From the NCBI GenBank assembly GCA_964558015.1, contig CAZLCT010000002.1:1-61860 (forward strand): a stretch of 61,860 nucleotides of DNA, read 5' to 3'. Positions 39,834 through 50,254 of this stretch are shown one piece after another (position 1 is the first letter of the stretch; each line of letters starts with the position of its first letter). The translations under genes and the position numbers were made by a program. The DNA comes from an uncultured bacterium (lineage in GTDB: Bacteria; Omnitrophota; Omnitrophia; JAHJGZ01). Below the pieces are notes generated by a model. That model saw nothing but the letters and a program-made list of their open reading frames with translations. It made no database searches and was not told where the DNA came from.

Positions 39834-41501
39834 TCAATTCTTCAATCTTTCCAGGTACAATTGTGCTTTTTCATTGTGGGGATTAAGCTTAAGTACTTCG
39901 AGAAACTGCTCCCGGGCTTCCTTGATTCTTCCTGTGCGATAATAAAGCATTGCCAGATTTAAATGACTTAATTCATGGTTCGGAGATAATTCAAGTGATT
40001 TTCCATAATAATTAAGAGCCATTTCATAATCTTCTTTCAAGACAAAGGCATTTCCCATATTGTTGTATACTTTAGTCAAAAGGCGTCGCAATAACAACCT
40101 GGATCCTCCGCCTTTTGTAATCAATGGTTTAAAAGCTACAACACTGATAATATTTCTGTATCGATTAATCGCACTCTCGGCATTTTGGGCTTTTAAATGT
40201 GCTGTTCCAAGATTATATAAAATTTTTATATTAGTCGGATTATATCTTAACGTCTCTTCATAGAAATGAATAGGATCATGCCAATCTCGATTTCGTATTA
40301 TAGTACGGGCTGAAAAAATAATTACTAAAAAAACAATCACCCAAATAAGAATATTTTTGTGAATAAGCGGTTTAATTTTAAGAATAAGAACACCTGTTCC
40401 GATACTTAAGCCAATAAACGGAAGATACATCCAATGTTCTGCAAATGTAGCATTTAAAGGGACAATATTAAGCACAGGCAGTAACATAACAACAAACCAT
40501 AACAAACCCAAAGAAGCAATCCTTGATTTTCTAATTATCCATACGAGAGCAATTATAAAAACTAAAACCCATAGTAGAGAAAACAAAAATGAAATTTCAA
40601 AATATTTCTCGGGAGGCATTATCATCCGCTCCATATGAAGCCCGATAGGAGCAACTATTAAAGCACAATAAAGGGCAAAAGATTTCACTGCGACTGAAAA
40701 ACGTTCAATAAAGGAAAATGAATAAATATCAAACATATTAAATACTGTCCCCTGCATTCTCCATATTCCATATACTAATGAAATAAATCCACAGCTTATG
40801 AAACTAATCAATAAAACTGTCTTTGCCTTTATATCAAAAAGGAATAAGTGCCATACAATAAGCATAAGTGGAATTATGATAGCGGACTCTTTTGATCCTA
40901 ATGCACACAAAAATGAGATAATCAAAACGATAACTCTAAAAGATAATCGTACAAAGGATTCTCTCTCATTAATTTCAAAGTGCTTTGCTGTGATTGTATA
41001 AGTAATGAAAAAAAATAAAATAAAAAAGGCTGCTAAAAGGTCAGCGCGTCCCGATATGTACGTTACTGCCTCAACATGCAGAGGATGCACGGTAAAAATC
41101 ATACTCCCGATGAAAGAAGCCCACCCATGATGTAAAAGTAAAACTAAAAGCACATATAATAAAATACAATTAAATGTATGAATAAGAATATTTGTTAAAT
41201 GATATCCAAAGGGATTTAACCGCCACACCTGGTAATCAATACAATAACTCACAAGTTGAAGGGGGCGATAAAAGTTAGAAAAATCAGTAGGCCAGGCATT
41301 AGGGGTGAAAAAGAAGGAAATATTCCGCCAATCATGCAGGGTTTGATTGTTTACTATTAAAGATTCATCATCCCATATAAAAGGATTATGAGTGGAATTT
41401 GCATAACAGATAAAACATAGAAGTGCAAGAAAAAGGCAATGTATGATGTTTATTCTTGATATAAGCATCGTGATTTTATGATTGTAAGGCCGCGCTTTCA
41501 A
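39834..41501 (-). CDS. TMTC/PMT-like GT-C glycosyltransferase with C-terminal TPR repeats
   Basis: About 11 TM helices, an HPLHVEAVTYISGRADLLAAFF (DUF1736-type) motif and C-terminal TPRs. The start is possibly ATG 41468. Confidence 0.6.
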   Translation of the reverse strand: MKARPYNHKITMLISRINIIHCLFLALLCFICYANSTHNPFIWDDESLIVNNQTLHDWRNISFFFTPNAWPTDFSNFYRPLQLVSYCIDYQVWRLNPFGYHLTNILIHTFNCILLYVLLVLLLHHGWASFIGSMIFTVHPLHVEAVTYISGRADLLAAFFILFFFITYTITAKHFEINERESFVRLSFRVIVLIISFLCALGSKESAIIIPLMLIVWHLFLFDIKAKTVLLISFISCGFISLVYGIWRMQGTVFNMFDIYSFSFIERFSVAVKSFALYCALIVAPIGLHMERMIMPPEKYFEISFLFSLLWVLVFIIALVWIIRKSRIASLGLLWFVVMLLPVLNIVPLNATFAEHWMYLPFIGLSIGTGVLILKIKPLIHKNILIWVIVFLVIIFSARTIIRNRDWHDPIHFYEETLRYNPTNIKILYNLGTAHLKAQNAESAINRYRNIISVVAFKPLITKGGGSRLLLRRLLTKVYNNMGNAFVLKEDYEMALNYYGKSLELSPNHELSHLNLAMLYYRTGRIKEAREQFLEVLKLNPHNEKAQLYLERLKN

Positions 41502-42246
41502 TTAAAGTCGCGGTAACTTTCGTAAACAGAGGGGCACACAAAACAACACGGTAAGGAATTTGATATTCATCGGCAGAAATATAGGTGCTCATGGACCCAT
41601 GATTTAATTTATCCCCACCTATCTTTGCATATGGCTCTGCAAAATAAACACAAGCACTATCGCCCGAGGAAAGACTAATTTTCATCTTTTCCTCAGCAGT
41701 TCCGAAAATAGAAAAGACAGTCTCGGCAAATGCAACATCATAACGGTGCTCTTCATCGAAAATTATTTCCTTATGCCGTAATCTATAAAATATGCTGACA
41801 ATATCCTGAACTTCAGGAGGTATATCATATTCTTTGCTGGAATCATCAAGAAAGTTATGAAAATAAGCCTTGCCCTTATTATGATCAAACAACGTAACCG
41901 CATCCTTTTTGTAAAAACCCTCACGCCTTGAGACTTCCAATCTCACAGGCACTAATTCCTTCTTATCAATGTATGATACAAAACGGTCCCGTATCCTGTA
42001 AATCATAGACATAAATCGATTGGTCTGCACGTAGCATCGAATGATGAATACTTCCCGTTTCTGAAAAAAAGTCTCAGCTTCAACAACAGCTTTAATCTCC
42101 CCTACAGGAATGCCCATCCATTTAACTTTATAAATGAATTTTTCACCAACCTGTAATTCTTTCGGAGCATAGGCAAGGGCATAAGCACACGAGAAACTGT
42201 AAATAAAAATTACGCTGATTATTATAAGAATCTTCATTCGATTCAT
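41476..42246 (-). CDS. DUF3108-like exported protein
   Basis: Signal peptide and a beta-rich sequence KFIYKVKWMGIPVGEIKAVVE. Confidence 0.4.
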   Translation of the reverse strand: MNRMKILIIISVIFIYSFSCAYALAYAPKELQVGEKFIYKVKWMGIPVGEIKAVVEAETFFQKREVFIIRCYVQTNRFMSMIYRIRDRFVSYIDKKELVPVRLEVSRREGFYKKDAVTLFDHNKGKAYFHNFLDDSSKEYDIPPEVQDIVSIFYRLRHKEIIFDEEHRYDVAFAETVFSIFGTAEEKMKISLSSGDSACVYFAEPYAKIGGDKLNHGSMSTYISADEYQIPYRVVLCAPLFTKVTATLIESAALQS

Positions 42247-42405
42247 CTATATATCACCCCAATTATATATATCGACAAAATCAAAAAAAAATATCTTATT
42301 TTTTCCAGTCCAAGAAAATCAAAACTAATATCCGTATCTCATTAAATTGTAATAACTTAGAAACTAATATTTAAGGGGAATAAAAAAACAAGTTCAAGAC
42401 CCGCT

Positions 42406-44403
42406 TTAAGAAGATGGATTCCAAATAATATTATTATATTCACCTACCATACGATGCGTACTGAAATAACCACTTGTACTAATGCAATTTATCATCATAT
42501 CAATCCAATCAGAACCGACTTTAGGTTCACCATGGCCAAAACTATCATAATAAAGTTTCATTAACTCTTCTAATGCTTCATATAATTTCTTCGAGTCTTC
42601 TTCTAATCTTAAATTACTTTCACTTCCAATTTCACCTTGGGGAGGGACATATCCGAATATTCGACCTATGTTTTTATCCTGTGCTTCCACAACCCACCCA
42701 TCCAGAGTACTTAACTGAATTACCCCGTTTAATATTGCTTTCATACCGCTCGTTCCCGAGGCTTCAAAAGGAGGCAATGGATTATTAAGCCATACATCGA
42801 CACTCGATGTAAGCAATTTACCAAAATAGGTATCGTAATTCTCCAGCATAAAAATCTTTATTGTATCACGGTAGTCGGTCAAGGAATCAATACGTTCCAG
42901 CATAGTATTAATATATGTAAATCCTAAATTATCGCTTGGATGTGCTTTGCCTGCAAAAATAATCTGAAGCGGACCGATTGTCTTTGCCATTTTTACTAGA
43001 CGCCCTACATCCTGCAAAATTAAGCTAGGCCTTTTATAATTGGCTATCCTCCGTGCCCACGATATAGTAAAAACATTTTCATCAAAAAACCATGGAGATA
43101 AAATCTCTGCGCATTCTTTTTTATTCTTCATATGTGCCTGCCAAAGGCCCCGACGAAATTCCATATTATCACGAAGTTTAGAAACATTTTCTATTAGAAG
43201 CGGATTTGACTTCCAATCCCCTATTGTTCCCCTATATTTATCCAGCAACTGCTCAATTGGTTCTGATACCCAGGTAAAGGTATGAACGCCGTTAGTTATG
43301 GTCTTTATTTTATCTTTAAAATCAGGAAATTGAAGTCTGGTTATTTCACCGTGTTTTTTTGCAACTGCATTTACGTAGGTAGAGGTATTCATTGCAAGGC
43401 GTGTAAGATTTACTAAATTCTTATGTTTAGAATCTAATCCTTCTTTCCTAATAATAGAAAGATGAGCCTTATCAAAAATATTCTCAAGTTCACTTAAAGC
43501 AAAACGGTCATGTCCTGCTTCAACAGGGGTATGGCATGTATAAGCAAAATGATTTTTTAATTCATCCCATTTATCCTCAGAAATATCTTTTGCCTTCTCA
43601 ACAAATGCTAAAGCAGCATGGCCTTCGTTTAAGTGATAAAGATTAAGTGAATAGCCCAATTCTCTCAATGCATTTATACCGCCCACGCCTAAAATAGTCC
43701 TTTGAGTAATTTTCCACCAAGCATTGTCACTTCTATACAACTGATCAGTAAGTCTTCTTTTAATATCCGTCTCAGGCCCGTTTTCATCAATATTAGAATC
43801 TAGCAATACAAGAGGAATCACGTTTTGTCTGTCGTAACTATACACATAATATTTCCATAACCGCAGAAAAATACTTTCACTGTTAAGTTTAATTTCAATA
43901 ATATTATCCAAGGGGATAAGACCTGGATAAGTATACGGATCCCACCGTAATTCATCAGGAATCTGGCCTGATTCAAACCAAAAATTTTGTTTAAAATACC
44001 CCTTGTTCCACAATATACCTAAACCGATAACAGAAATCCCTAAGTCAGATGCAGATTTTAAAGTATCACCAGCTAAAACACCTAGGCCGCCGCTGTAAAT
44101 AGGTATATCCAAAACCTTATCAATCCTGATCTGATGGTAGTGATCCATTGCACGCAAATTAGAAAACACGCGGTGGCCGGTAAACATATTAAGGCCAGAA
44201 GTAGGCTGTGAAGTTTCAAACTGATGGTAAATACTGGGTGCTAATCCGAATTCCATAGAAAAATACGCAACCGAACGTGTCTCGGGGGATCGGAGCCGTT
44301 CCTCTGCCCTAACAATACTTTGCATGGGAAAACCGAAAAAATACTCATCATTAATATCCTGCGAATGACGCTCATGAAATTGTGGTATACCTTTAAAAGT
44401 CAT
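42406..44403 (-). CDS. glgP: Alpha-glucan phosphorylase (GT35 family)
   Basis: SGGLGVLAGDTLKSASDLG and EASGTSGMKA (PLP lysine) motifs over 665 aa. Confidence 0.85.
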   Translation of the reverse strand: MTFKGIPQFHERHSQDINDEYFFGFPMQSIVRAEERLRSPETRSVAYFSMEFGLAPSIYHQFETSQPTSGLNMFTGHRVFSNLRAMDHYHQIRIDKVLDIPIYSGGLGVLAGDTLKSASDLGISVIGLGILWNKGYFKQNFWFESGQIPDELRWDPYTYPGLIPLDNIIEIKLNSESIFLRLWKYYVYSYDRQNVIPLVLLDSNIDENGPETDIKRRLTDQLYRSDNAWWKITQRTILGVGGINALRELGYSLNLYHLNEGHAALAFVEKAKDISEDKWDELKNHFAYTCHTPVEAGHDRFALSELENIFDKAHLSIIRKEGLDSKHKNLVNLTRLAMNTSTYVNAVAKKHGEITRLQFPDFKDKIKTITNGVHTFTWVSEPIEQLLDKYRGTIGDWKSNPLLIENVSKLRDNMEFRRGLWQAHMKNKKECAEILSPWFFDENVFTISWARRIANYKRPSLILQDVGRLVKMAKTIGPLQIIFAGKAHPSDNLGFTYINTMLERIDSLTDYRDTIKIFMLENYDTYFGKLLTSSVDVWLNNPLPPFEASGTSGMKAILNGVIQLSTLDGWVVEAQDKNIGRIFGYVPPQGEIGSESNLRLEEDSKKLYEALEELMKLYYDSFGHGEPKVGSDWIDMMINCISTSGYFSTHRMVGEYNNIIWNPSS

Positions 44404-44486
44404 ATGCCTTTCCTTGTTATGCTGGATGATATAATTTTATAAATTAAAAAATTTTTAATTACCTAAGATTGTATTATATTATATTT

Positions 44487-46121
44487 TTAAAGTACAATGG
44501 ATAAATTATTATTCTTTAACATGTCAAAAAGGACGCCGGGATTAAGAAGATTTTTCTCATCAAGTGTACGTTTTATATTCTTCATAAGCTCGATAGTCTC
44601 CTTAGGATACTGAACAGCTAAAAACTCTTTCTTCAATCTGCCTATACCATGTTCCGCTGATACGCTTCCACCACAGGCAACAACTTCACGAGCAAATATG
44701 TTAAACAATTTGTACCCGCTTTCAATTTCATCTGCATTTTGGGGGAGTATATTTACATGAACGTGACCGTCCCCAATATGACCGAAAATTACATATTCAA
44801 GATTGGATGAAGCAAGAATTGCATCATACACTTCTAATATATGTTCAATTTTATCAGGAGGTACCGCCATATCGGATGATATTTTCCGTATCTCAGGAAA
44901 GGAGGCTTTACGCTGGCCGATTATTGAATTAATCGCTTCAGGAACCGCATGCCTGAAAATAGTCATTTGCTCAATTGTTTTCTCATCAAAACCAGCCCAT
45001 GAATCTTCAGCAGAAGAGCCAACATCTTTTAATAATTGATCAAATATATTAAATAAAGACTCAAGTTCATCATCATCTTCAAAAGTATTCTCAACATATA
45101 AAGCATATTCAACAGAATCCGGAATATTGACAATTAAAGAAGAACTCCCCTCTTCCTCTCGCCGCTGTCTCAAAAGATTGAGGGAATTATTATCGAAATA
45201 CTCTAATGCAACAGGCTTAAAGTCCGACTCCGACGGAGAAATAATGCTCATGAGAAACTCAAGAAGCTGTTTCTTTTCTTTAAAAAATATTATTTGTCCT
45301 AACATATTTTTGGGGCGGGAAATAAGCCGGATATCAACCTCAGTAATAATACCTAATGTTCCTTCTCCTCCAATGAAAAGATCAATAGCATCAACATCTG
45401 AGCTTAAATAATAGCCGGCGGTATTCTTTACTGTAGGCATGTTAATATCACTTACGGTTATACTTATATTATCTTCTAAAGATAGAATACCTGCCTTTGC
45501 CCGATTCTCTCCTCTCCTTAAGTTAAGCATAGTTCCGTTAGCAAGTACAACTTTAATCCTACGAACCCAATTTCTCGTTGCACCATAAAAAAAGCTTCTT
45601 GAACCTGATGCATTGGTAGCCACAGTGCCGCCAATCCGTGCTGTTGCCTCGGTAGGATTAACGGGATAAAATAATTTATTTGGTTTGGATAACGGTAAGC
45701 TCTGATTAGGCAAGTACTTATATTTTCCTTTTTGTAAATAATTATTAAATGTTTCAAGGCTAATACCAGCCGGAACACGTGCAAACCATTCTTCATCATA
45801 GCCAATAAATATATCACCAACCACCTCTTCAAGTGATATCAAATTACGCACACCGCAAGGAACAGCACCCCCTACAATCCCGGTTCTTCCGCTTGATATA
45901 ACAAGCGCCTCACGGCTGGATGAAACTTCATTTACAACACTAACTACATCTTCAGAAGATTGAGGAAAGTAAAGGTTCGCGACAACTTTACCCTCCAATC
46001 GTGATTCGTCAGTTAAATATTGTTTATATTGTTCATTAATAATTTTTTTATCGGAAATTTTTCGCATATGATTAATCCGTATACATTTTGCTTTTGGTGT
46101 ACCAACAAAATAATAAAGCAA
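44487..46121 (-). CDS. FAD-binding oxidoreductase (GlcD/D-lactate dehydrogenase family)
   Basis: FAD_binding_4-type SSGRTGIVGGAVP and C-terminal GHIGDGHVHVN and SAEHGIG motifs. The start is possibly ATG 46067. Confidence 0.7.
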   Translation of the reverse strand: MLYYFVGTPKAKCIRINHMRKISDKKIINEQYKQYLTDESRLEGKVVANLYFPQSSEDVVSVVNEVSSSREALVISSGRTGIVGGAVPCGVRNLISLEEVVGDIFIGYDEEWFARVPAGISLETFNNYLQKGKYKYLPNQSLPLSKPNKLFYPVNPTEATARIGGTVATNASGSRSFFYGATRNWVRRIKVVLANGTMLNLRRGENRAKAGILSLEDNISITVSDINMPTVKNTAGYYLSSDVDAIDLFIGGEGTLGIITEVDIRLISRPKNMLGQIIFFKEKKQLLEFLMSIISPSESDFKPVALEYFDNNSLNLLRQRREEEGSSSLIVNIPDSVEYALYVENTFEDDDELESLFNIFDQLLKDVGSSAEDSWAGFDEKTIEQMTIFRHAVPEAINSIIGQRKASFPEIRKISSDMAVPPDKIEHILEVYDAILASSNLEYVIFGHIGDGHVHVNILPQNADEIESGYKLFNIFAREVVACGGSVSAEHGIGRLKKEFLAVQYPKETIELMKNIKRTLDEKNLLNPGVLFDMLKNNNLSIVL

Positions 46122-46126
46122 TAAAC

Positions 46127-47671
46127 CTAAATATTTTTATTAACTACAAAAATGTTCTTTGGTAATTCGTATTTTTTAATAATTCTTTCGTTCTTATTAT
46201 TGCGCCTCAAAAGTATTAATACATAATTATCAACATACACAGGCGCCCATTTAGGATCCTCCAGGCGTCTTATTAAAAACGGCTGAGCCCACGGTGTCAT
46301 ATCGTGTCTATAAAAGAAAATTGCATTAAAACTAAATCGGTCATTGATCCTGTGCCAAACTGCCTCATTCTCCTGCATGGGAACATATATATTCTTAAAA
46401 AACGAAACACTGTATGCCTCGGGCCTGTTATCCACAAATGGGCGTATATTCGGAAACAAATAAAAAATAAGATAACTCCCAATATCATAATTATTAAATA
46501 TGGGGCCCGAAATATTATTTTTATCAAAAAAAAGAGCTGATCTCTCAACACCAGGCAAAAGTCCGATCCCCCCTCTTCCACGTATAGGAGAAAAATAATG
46601 ACCTCCGAGTAAAAAACCTCCGCCTATTAAGGCGATAGAATTAATTATCAAAATAATATTTATAAATCTTTTTACTGATTGTAATTGATTATCTAAACAG
46701 GCATAAGAAAAAGAAGCAGCGATTGGTATAAAAAAATATCCAAAAAGAGCAATGCCACGGCTCATCTTCCAGCCAAGCATACTGAAAATAATTATTATTA
46801 GTATCTCGCTAAAAAAGGACCGTACTTTTTTCTGAATAATAAGAAGTATTATTAATATTAACGAAACGGCGCACAGAATCTCAAAATGTATATAAATTAA
46901 TTTACCGAATCTTGCCTGCATAAACAAAAGAGACTGATTTTCAGCAACCATGTAACCGTATTCTCTGAAAATAGTAAAAGGTGTTATGAATCCTGAAAAA
47001 CCAAACGGATTAATAAGACAAGCTAAAACGGAAAAACAAAATGCAAGTAAATAATGAATTGCGTTTTCCTTCCTTAGCCATGCAGAGAGCGAAAATACAC
47101 CTATTAAAAAAAGACCCATGGGAAAATAGACATGGCAGTTAACCCATATGATTTGCAGAATGGGAAAAATATATAAAACCTTGTGTGAATATCTATGTTC
47201 CTTAATGTTATGCAGGATAAAGAAATAAATTCCTAAAAAAAGATAACTAAATCCTTCAGGTCTAATATCTATTCGATCGGCAAGCAATGGTATTGCTAAG
47301 GTTGCACAAAAAAATGCAATATAAAAATTTGACTTTCTCCGTGATACAGTAAAAAATAAATAAAATGTAATTATGTGAATTAAAATATAAAAAACTGATA
47401 AACCTTTAAATCCAAACAACTTCCATAAAAGATAAAAAATCACGCCTGATGCCCAATGGTGGGTAACTGTAGGATAGTCGGGTTCGGTATACGAATAAAA
47501 GTTTTCATCAATAATAGTACCCTGCTCAAGGAATATTCTTCCGTTTGTAATATGGCGCCCTAAATCATCAGTAGGCAAATGAATCTTTTGAGCAAAAAAA
47601 AGAGAGAAAAATATTAGAAGAAAAGTAGTTAAGCATACTTTAATCGTAAATTGAAGGTAATTTTCTTTCAT
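46127..47671 (-). CDS. Polytopic membrane protein (GT-C-like?), function unknown
   Basis: 514 aa with about 11 TM helices followed by a soluble C-terminal domain. Confidence 0.5.
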   Translation of the reverse strand: MKENYLQFTIKVCLTTFLLIFFSLFFAQKIHLPTDDLGRHITNGRIFLEQGTIIDENFYSYTEPDYPTVTHHWASGVIFYLLWKLFGFKGLSVFYILIHIITFYLFFTVSRRKSNFYIAFFCATLAIPLLADRIDIRPEGFSYLFLGIYFFILHNIKEHRYSHKVLYIFPILQIIWVNCHVYFPMGLFLIGVFSLSAWLRKENAIHYLLAFCFSVLACLINPFGFSGFITPFTIFREYGYMVAENQSLLFMQARFGKLIYIHFEILCAVSLILIILLIIQKKVRSFFSEILIIIIFSMLGWKMSRGIALFGYFFIPIAASFSYACLDNQLQSVKRFINIILIINSIALIGGGFLLGGHYFSPIRGRGGIGLLPGVERSALFFDKNNISGPIFNNYDIGSYLIFYLFPNIRPFVDNRPEAYSVSFFKNIYVPMQENEAVWHRINDRFSFNAIFFYRHDMTPWAQPFLIRRLEDPKWAPVYVDNYVLILLRRNNKNERIIKKYELPKNIFVVNKNI

Positions 47672-47690
47672 AATATTGTTAAATAGTAGT

Positions 47691-47715
47691 AAAGACGAGG
47701 CAAAGCCTCGTCTTT
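47691..47715 (-). terminator. Terminator-like hairpin after the BaxI gene
   Basis: aaagacgaggc / aaa / gcctcgtcttt forms an 11-bp stem 45 nt downstream of the stop at 47760. Confidence 0.5.
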
Positions 47716-47759
47716 ACATTTAAATAATAAATAATTAAATCACAACTATATTATTCCCT

Positions 47760-48503
47760 TTAACGCCTCCTTGTTTTAGCAAGTAAACGCAAAATTTCGA
47801 TATAGAGCCAAATAAGGGTAACCATTAAACCAAAAGCACCATACCATTCCATATATTTCGGTGCTCCGTATTCTGAACCCTTTTCAATAAAATCATAATC
47901 TAAAACCAAATTCAAGGCAGCAATCGTAACAACAAATAAACTAAACACAATACCTAATGGACCGCTGCTGTGTATGAGTGGCATACGTATGCCAAAAAAA
48001 CCGACGATTAGACTAATAAAATAAAAAAGCGCAATACCCCCGGTCGCAGCAACAATACCAAGCCTGAAATTTTCTGTAGGCTTAATTAAACGGGACTTAT
48101 ATGCCATAAGCAGGCAAAAAAGTGTTCCAAAAGTTAATCCTACAGCTTGTATAACTATGCCCGGATATTGCCTTTCCATCAATGCAGAAATGCATCCTAA
48201 AAAAAGCCCTTCGACGAATGCATAAATAGGTGACGTAACCCCAGCCCACTGCTTGTTAAAAACAGTAACCAAGGCAACAATAAACCCGCCAATAATACTC
48301 AGCCACATAAAAGGCATGAACGCAACAGGATTTTTCCATACCAGTGAGGCACTAAATATACAAAGAAGCAACAAAATGCCTGTTTTATTAACCGTACCTT
48401 GTATGGTCATCACATCTCCTGTTGCAAGTGGACGAGCTTGCCTAAAAGTATCACTTCGCAATACTGGATTTCCTGATCTCATCATAATAATAACCTCCTT
48501 CAA
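47760..48503 (-). CDS. Bax inhibitor-1/YccA-like membrane protein (BaxI_1 type)
   Basis: MRSGNPVL...TF N-terminus followed by 7 TM helices. The real start is likely ATG 48485, 8 nt after AAGGAGG (48494-48500). The track start is TTG. Confidence 0.75.
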   Translation of the reverse strand: MKEVIIMMRSGNPVLRSDTFRQARPLATGDVMTIQGTVNKTGILLLLCIFSASLVWKNPVAFMPFMWLSIIGGFIVALVTVFNKQWAGVTSPIYAFVEGLFLGCISALMERQYPGIVIQAVGLTFGTLFCLLMAYKSRLIKPTENFRLGIVAATGGIALFYFISLIVGFFGIRMPLIHSSGPLGIVFSLFVVTIAALNLVLDYDFIEKGSEYGAPKYMEWYGAFGLMVTLIWLYIEILRLLAKTRRR

Positions 48504-48510
48504 TGAGCAC

Positions 48511-48615
48511 GTGACTTACGGAGTCCGAAAGACGACGTAAGTCACTATGCGAATTAACCCCGCTCTGCGGGGTACTTCAAGACATATACACCTTAGCGAA
48601 CGAAGTGAAGCTAAG
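48511..48615 (-). promoter_or_regulatory. Three consecutive stem-loops in the leader of the BaxI gene
   Basis: gtgacttacg...cgtaagtcac (48511-48545, 10-bp stem plus inner GUC/GAC). accccgc tct gcggggt (48557-48573). cttagc...gctaag (48592-48615). Confidence 0.4.
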
Positions 48616-48785
48616 CCTAGGTTTTATTTACATTAGCTTTAAGACTACTTTACTACAAGTATTATTCAAATAAATCGACATATATAACAGGATTCTGTAA
48701 TATAAACGCCTATATAATTTGCATATAATTATAACATCAAAAGTTAATAAACGAATAAGAAAATAATTAAGAAAAATCTAATATT

Positions 48786-49712
48786 TTAGGACTTTACCTG
48801 TGGATGGTAAGAAGGTTTAAATATGGTTTTAACTGCAGATTCGTATCCTAATGTATTAAAATTAACCTTTTGCACGGTAGGTTTATCAGCTTTGACATAA
48901 TACAATTGAATTCTTCTTTTATGTCCGTATATATCCAACCCATCACCAAAGGCTTTTATCACAACATTATCAAGATGTGAAAACTCTCTATACAATGCTT
49001 CAATTAATATACCTCCATGTGCATTACATATATGAGGAACGACCTCATTAGATGGTATATCGCTAAGGTCGACTATAATTTCAGCAGTGTGGGTAGAATG
49101 ATGATAATGAACTGTTGCGACCTGGTACCACTTATCTTTGGCAAATTCCTGAAGTTCTTTACGCTGTTGTTCATTTTCTTGGAGGAATGAGAGATGATCA
49201 TGATTGATGTGAATAATCGGTACCCTTTGATGAGGCTTCTTCTCTAACATTCCAACCCACACCCCGTTTGCTAGTCCTAACGAATCAAATGCATACAGCT
49301 CTATCTGAGAAGGAAATTCCTTCTCTTTTAACCTCCTCCGCCTAAGCAGGGAATAATATTGTTCATGAAGCAATTTGGTAATACTCGGTTTTGAAAGAGG
49401 ACCCGAAACAAGTATATTTGAAATTGCTAATATCAAATTAGGATCGTCAATAACAGCTTCACTCAAAATCTTGTAACTGAACTCATCTTCCTTGGACTCT
49501 TCCTCAACCTTATCAACAACATGAGAAACGGACAACTTTCGTTTTATCGGCACTTCCTCTTCTGATTTTTGTGCTGGTTTTTGGATAGATGGAACCTCTT
49601 TTTGAACACATGAGGTGGGCTTCATGAAAACAAGAAATATAAGGCCAAGATAGGTTAAAAATCGGATTGTTCTTACTTCCATACCTGCTCCCCCTCTCGC
49701 TGCATTTTCCAT
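48786..49712 (-). CDS. Hypothetical exported protein
   Basis: 308 aa. The start is probably ATG 49682 (MEVRTIRFLTYLGLIFLVF...SC). Confidence 0.5.
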   Translation of the reverse strand: MENAARGGAGMEVRTIRFLTYLGLIFLVFMKPTSCVQKEVPSIQKPAQKSEEEVPIKRKLSVSHVVDKVEEESKEDEFSYKILSEAVIDDPNLILAISNILVSGPLSKPSITKLLHEQYYSLLRRRRLKEKEFPSQIELYAFDSLGLANGVWVGMLEKKPHQRVPIIHINHDHLSFLQENEQQRKELQEFAKDKWYQVATVHYHHSTHTAEIIVDLSDIPSNEVVPHICNAHGGILIEALYREFSHLDNVVIKAFGDGLDIYGHKRRIQLYYVKADKPTVQKVNFNTLGYESAVKTIFKPSYHPQVKS

Positions 49713-49971
49713 CTAAGAGTGCCGTATTTCCCTAAACCCTGAAGCAACCCGTCCATGGAGATAACAGATACATAGACAATCTATTGACTAATGTGTTAAA
49801 TTTTCAACATAAAAATGTGTCAGATTGTTAAAAAGATAACACTTTATTTATCAGATATATAAGCGCCGATATGCCTAATATAAATATAATAAACACTGTT
49901 AATAATAGTTCCATAAGTATCACCACCTGCATTATTTATTAACAATAATTATGCCAAATCCAATATAAACA

Positions 49972-50039
49972 CAAAAATAGCACCTCTTAGAAAGGAACCT
50001 CAATATAATACCTCTCCTCTCCTTTGAGGTGCTATTTTT
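49972..50039 (-). terminator. Long-arm hairpin with A/T tracts (bidirectional terminator-like)
   Basis: aaaaatagcacctc ... gaggtgctattttt forms a 14-bp stem around a ~40-nt loop, 30 nt downstream of the small ORF stop. Confidence 0.45.
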
Positions 50040-50070
50040 TATTCATAATAATATTTTCAGAGTAAAAGCT

Positions 50071-50244
50071 TTATTTCCTGAATATAAGGCCAATCAAAAA
50101 AAGAGTATTAGCCAACACAAAAAAACTGCTTGGTTTGGCCGGAAGAGACGCTATTGTAATCGGAATTAAAGCAAGGCGTGCAATTACCCCAATTGCAAGA
50201 GCAACAAATCCAAGAACGATAATTATTTTTGATAACATTGACAT
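50071..50244 (-). CDS. Unannotated 57-aa two-TM protein (below the track length cut-off)
   Basis: ATG 50244 lies 5 nt after AAGGAGG (50250-50256) and the TAA stop is at 50071-50073. Translation: MSMLSKIIIVLGFVALAIGVIARLALIPITIASLPAKPSSFFVLANTLFLIGLIFRK. Gap-free similarity to ORF 59492..59701. Confidence 0.6.
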   Translation of the reverse strand: MSMLSKIIIVLGFVALAIGVIARLALIPITIASLPAKPSSFFVLANTLFLIGLIFRK

Positions 50245-50254
50245 ATCAGCCTCC

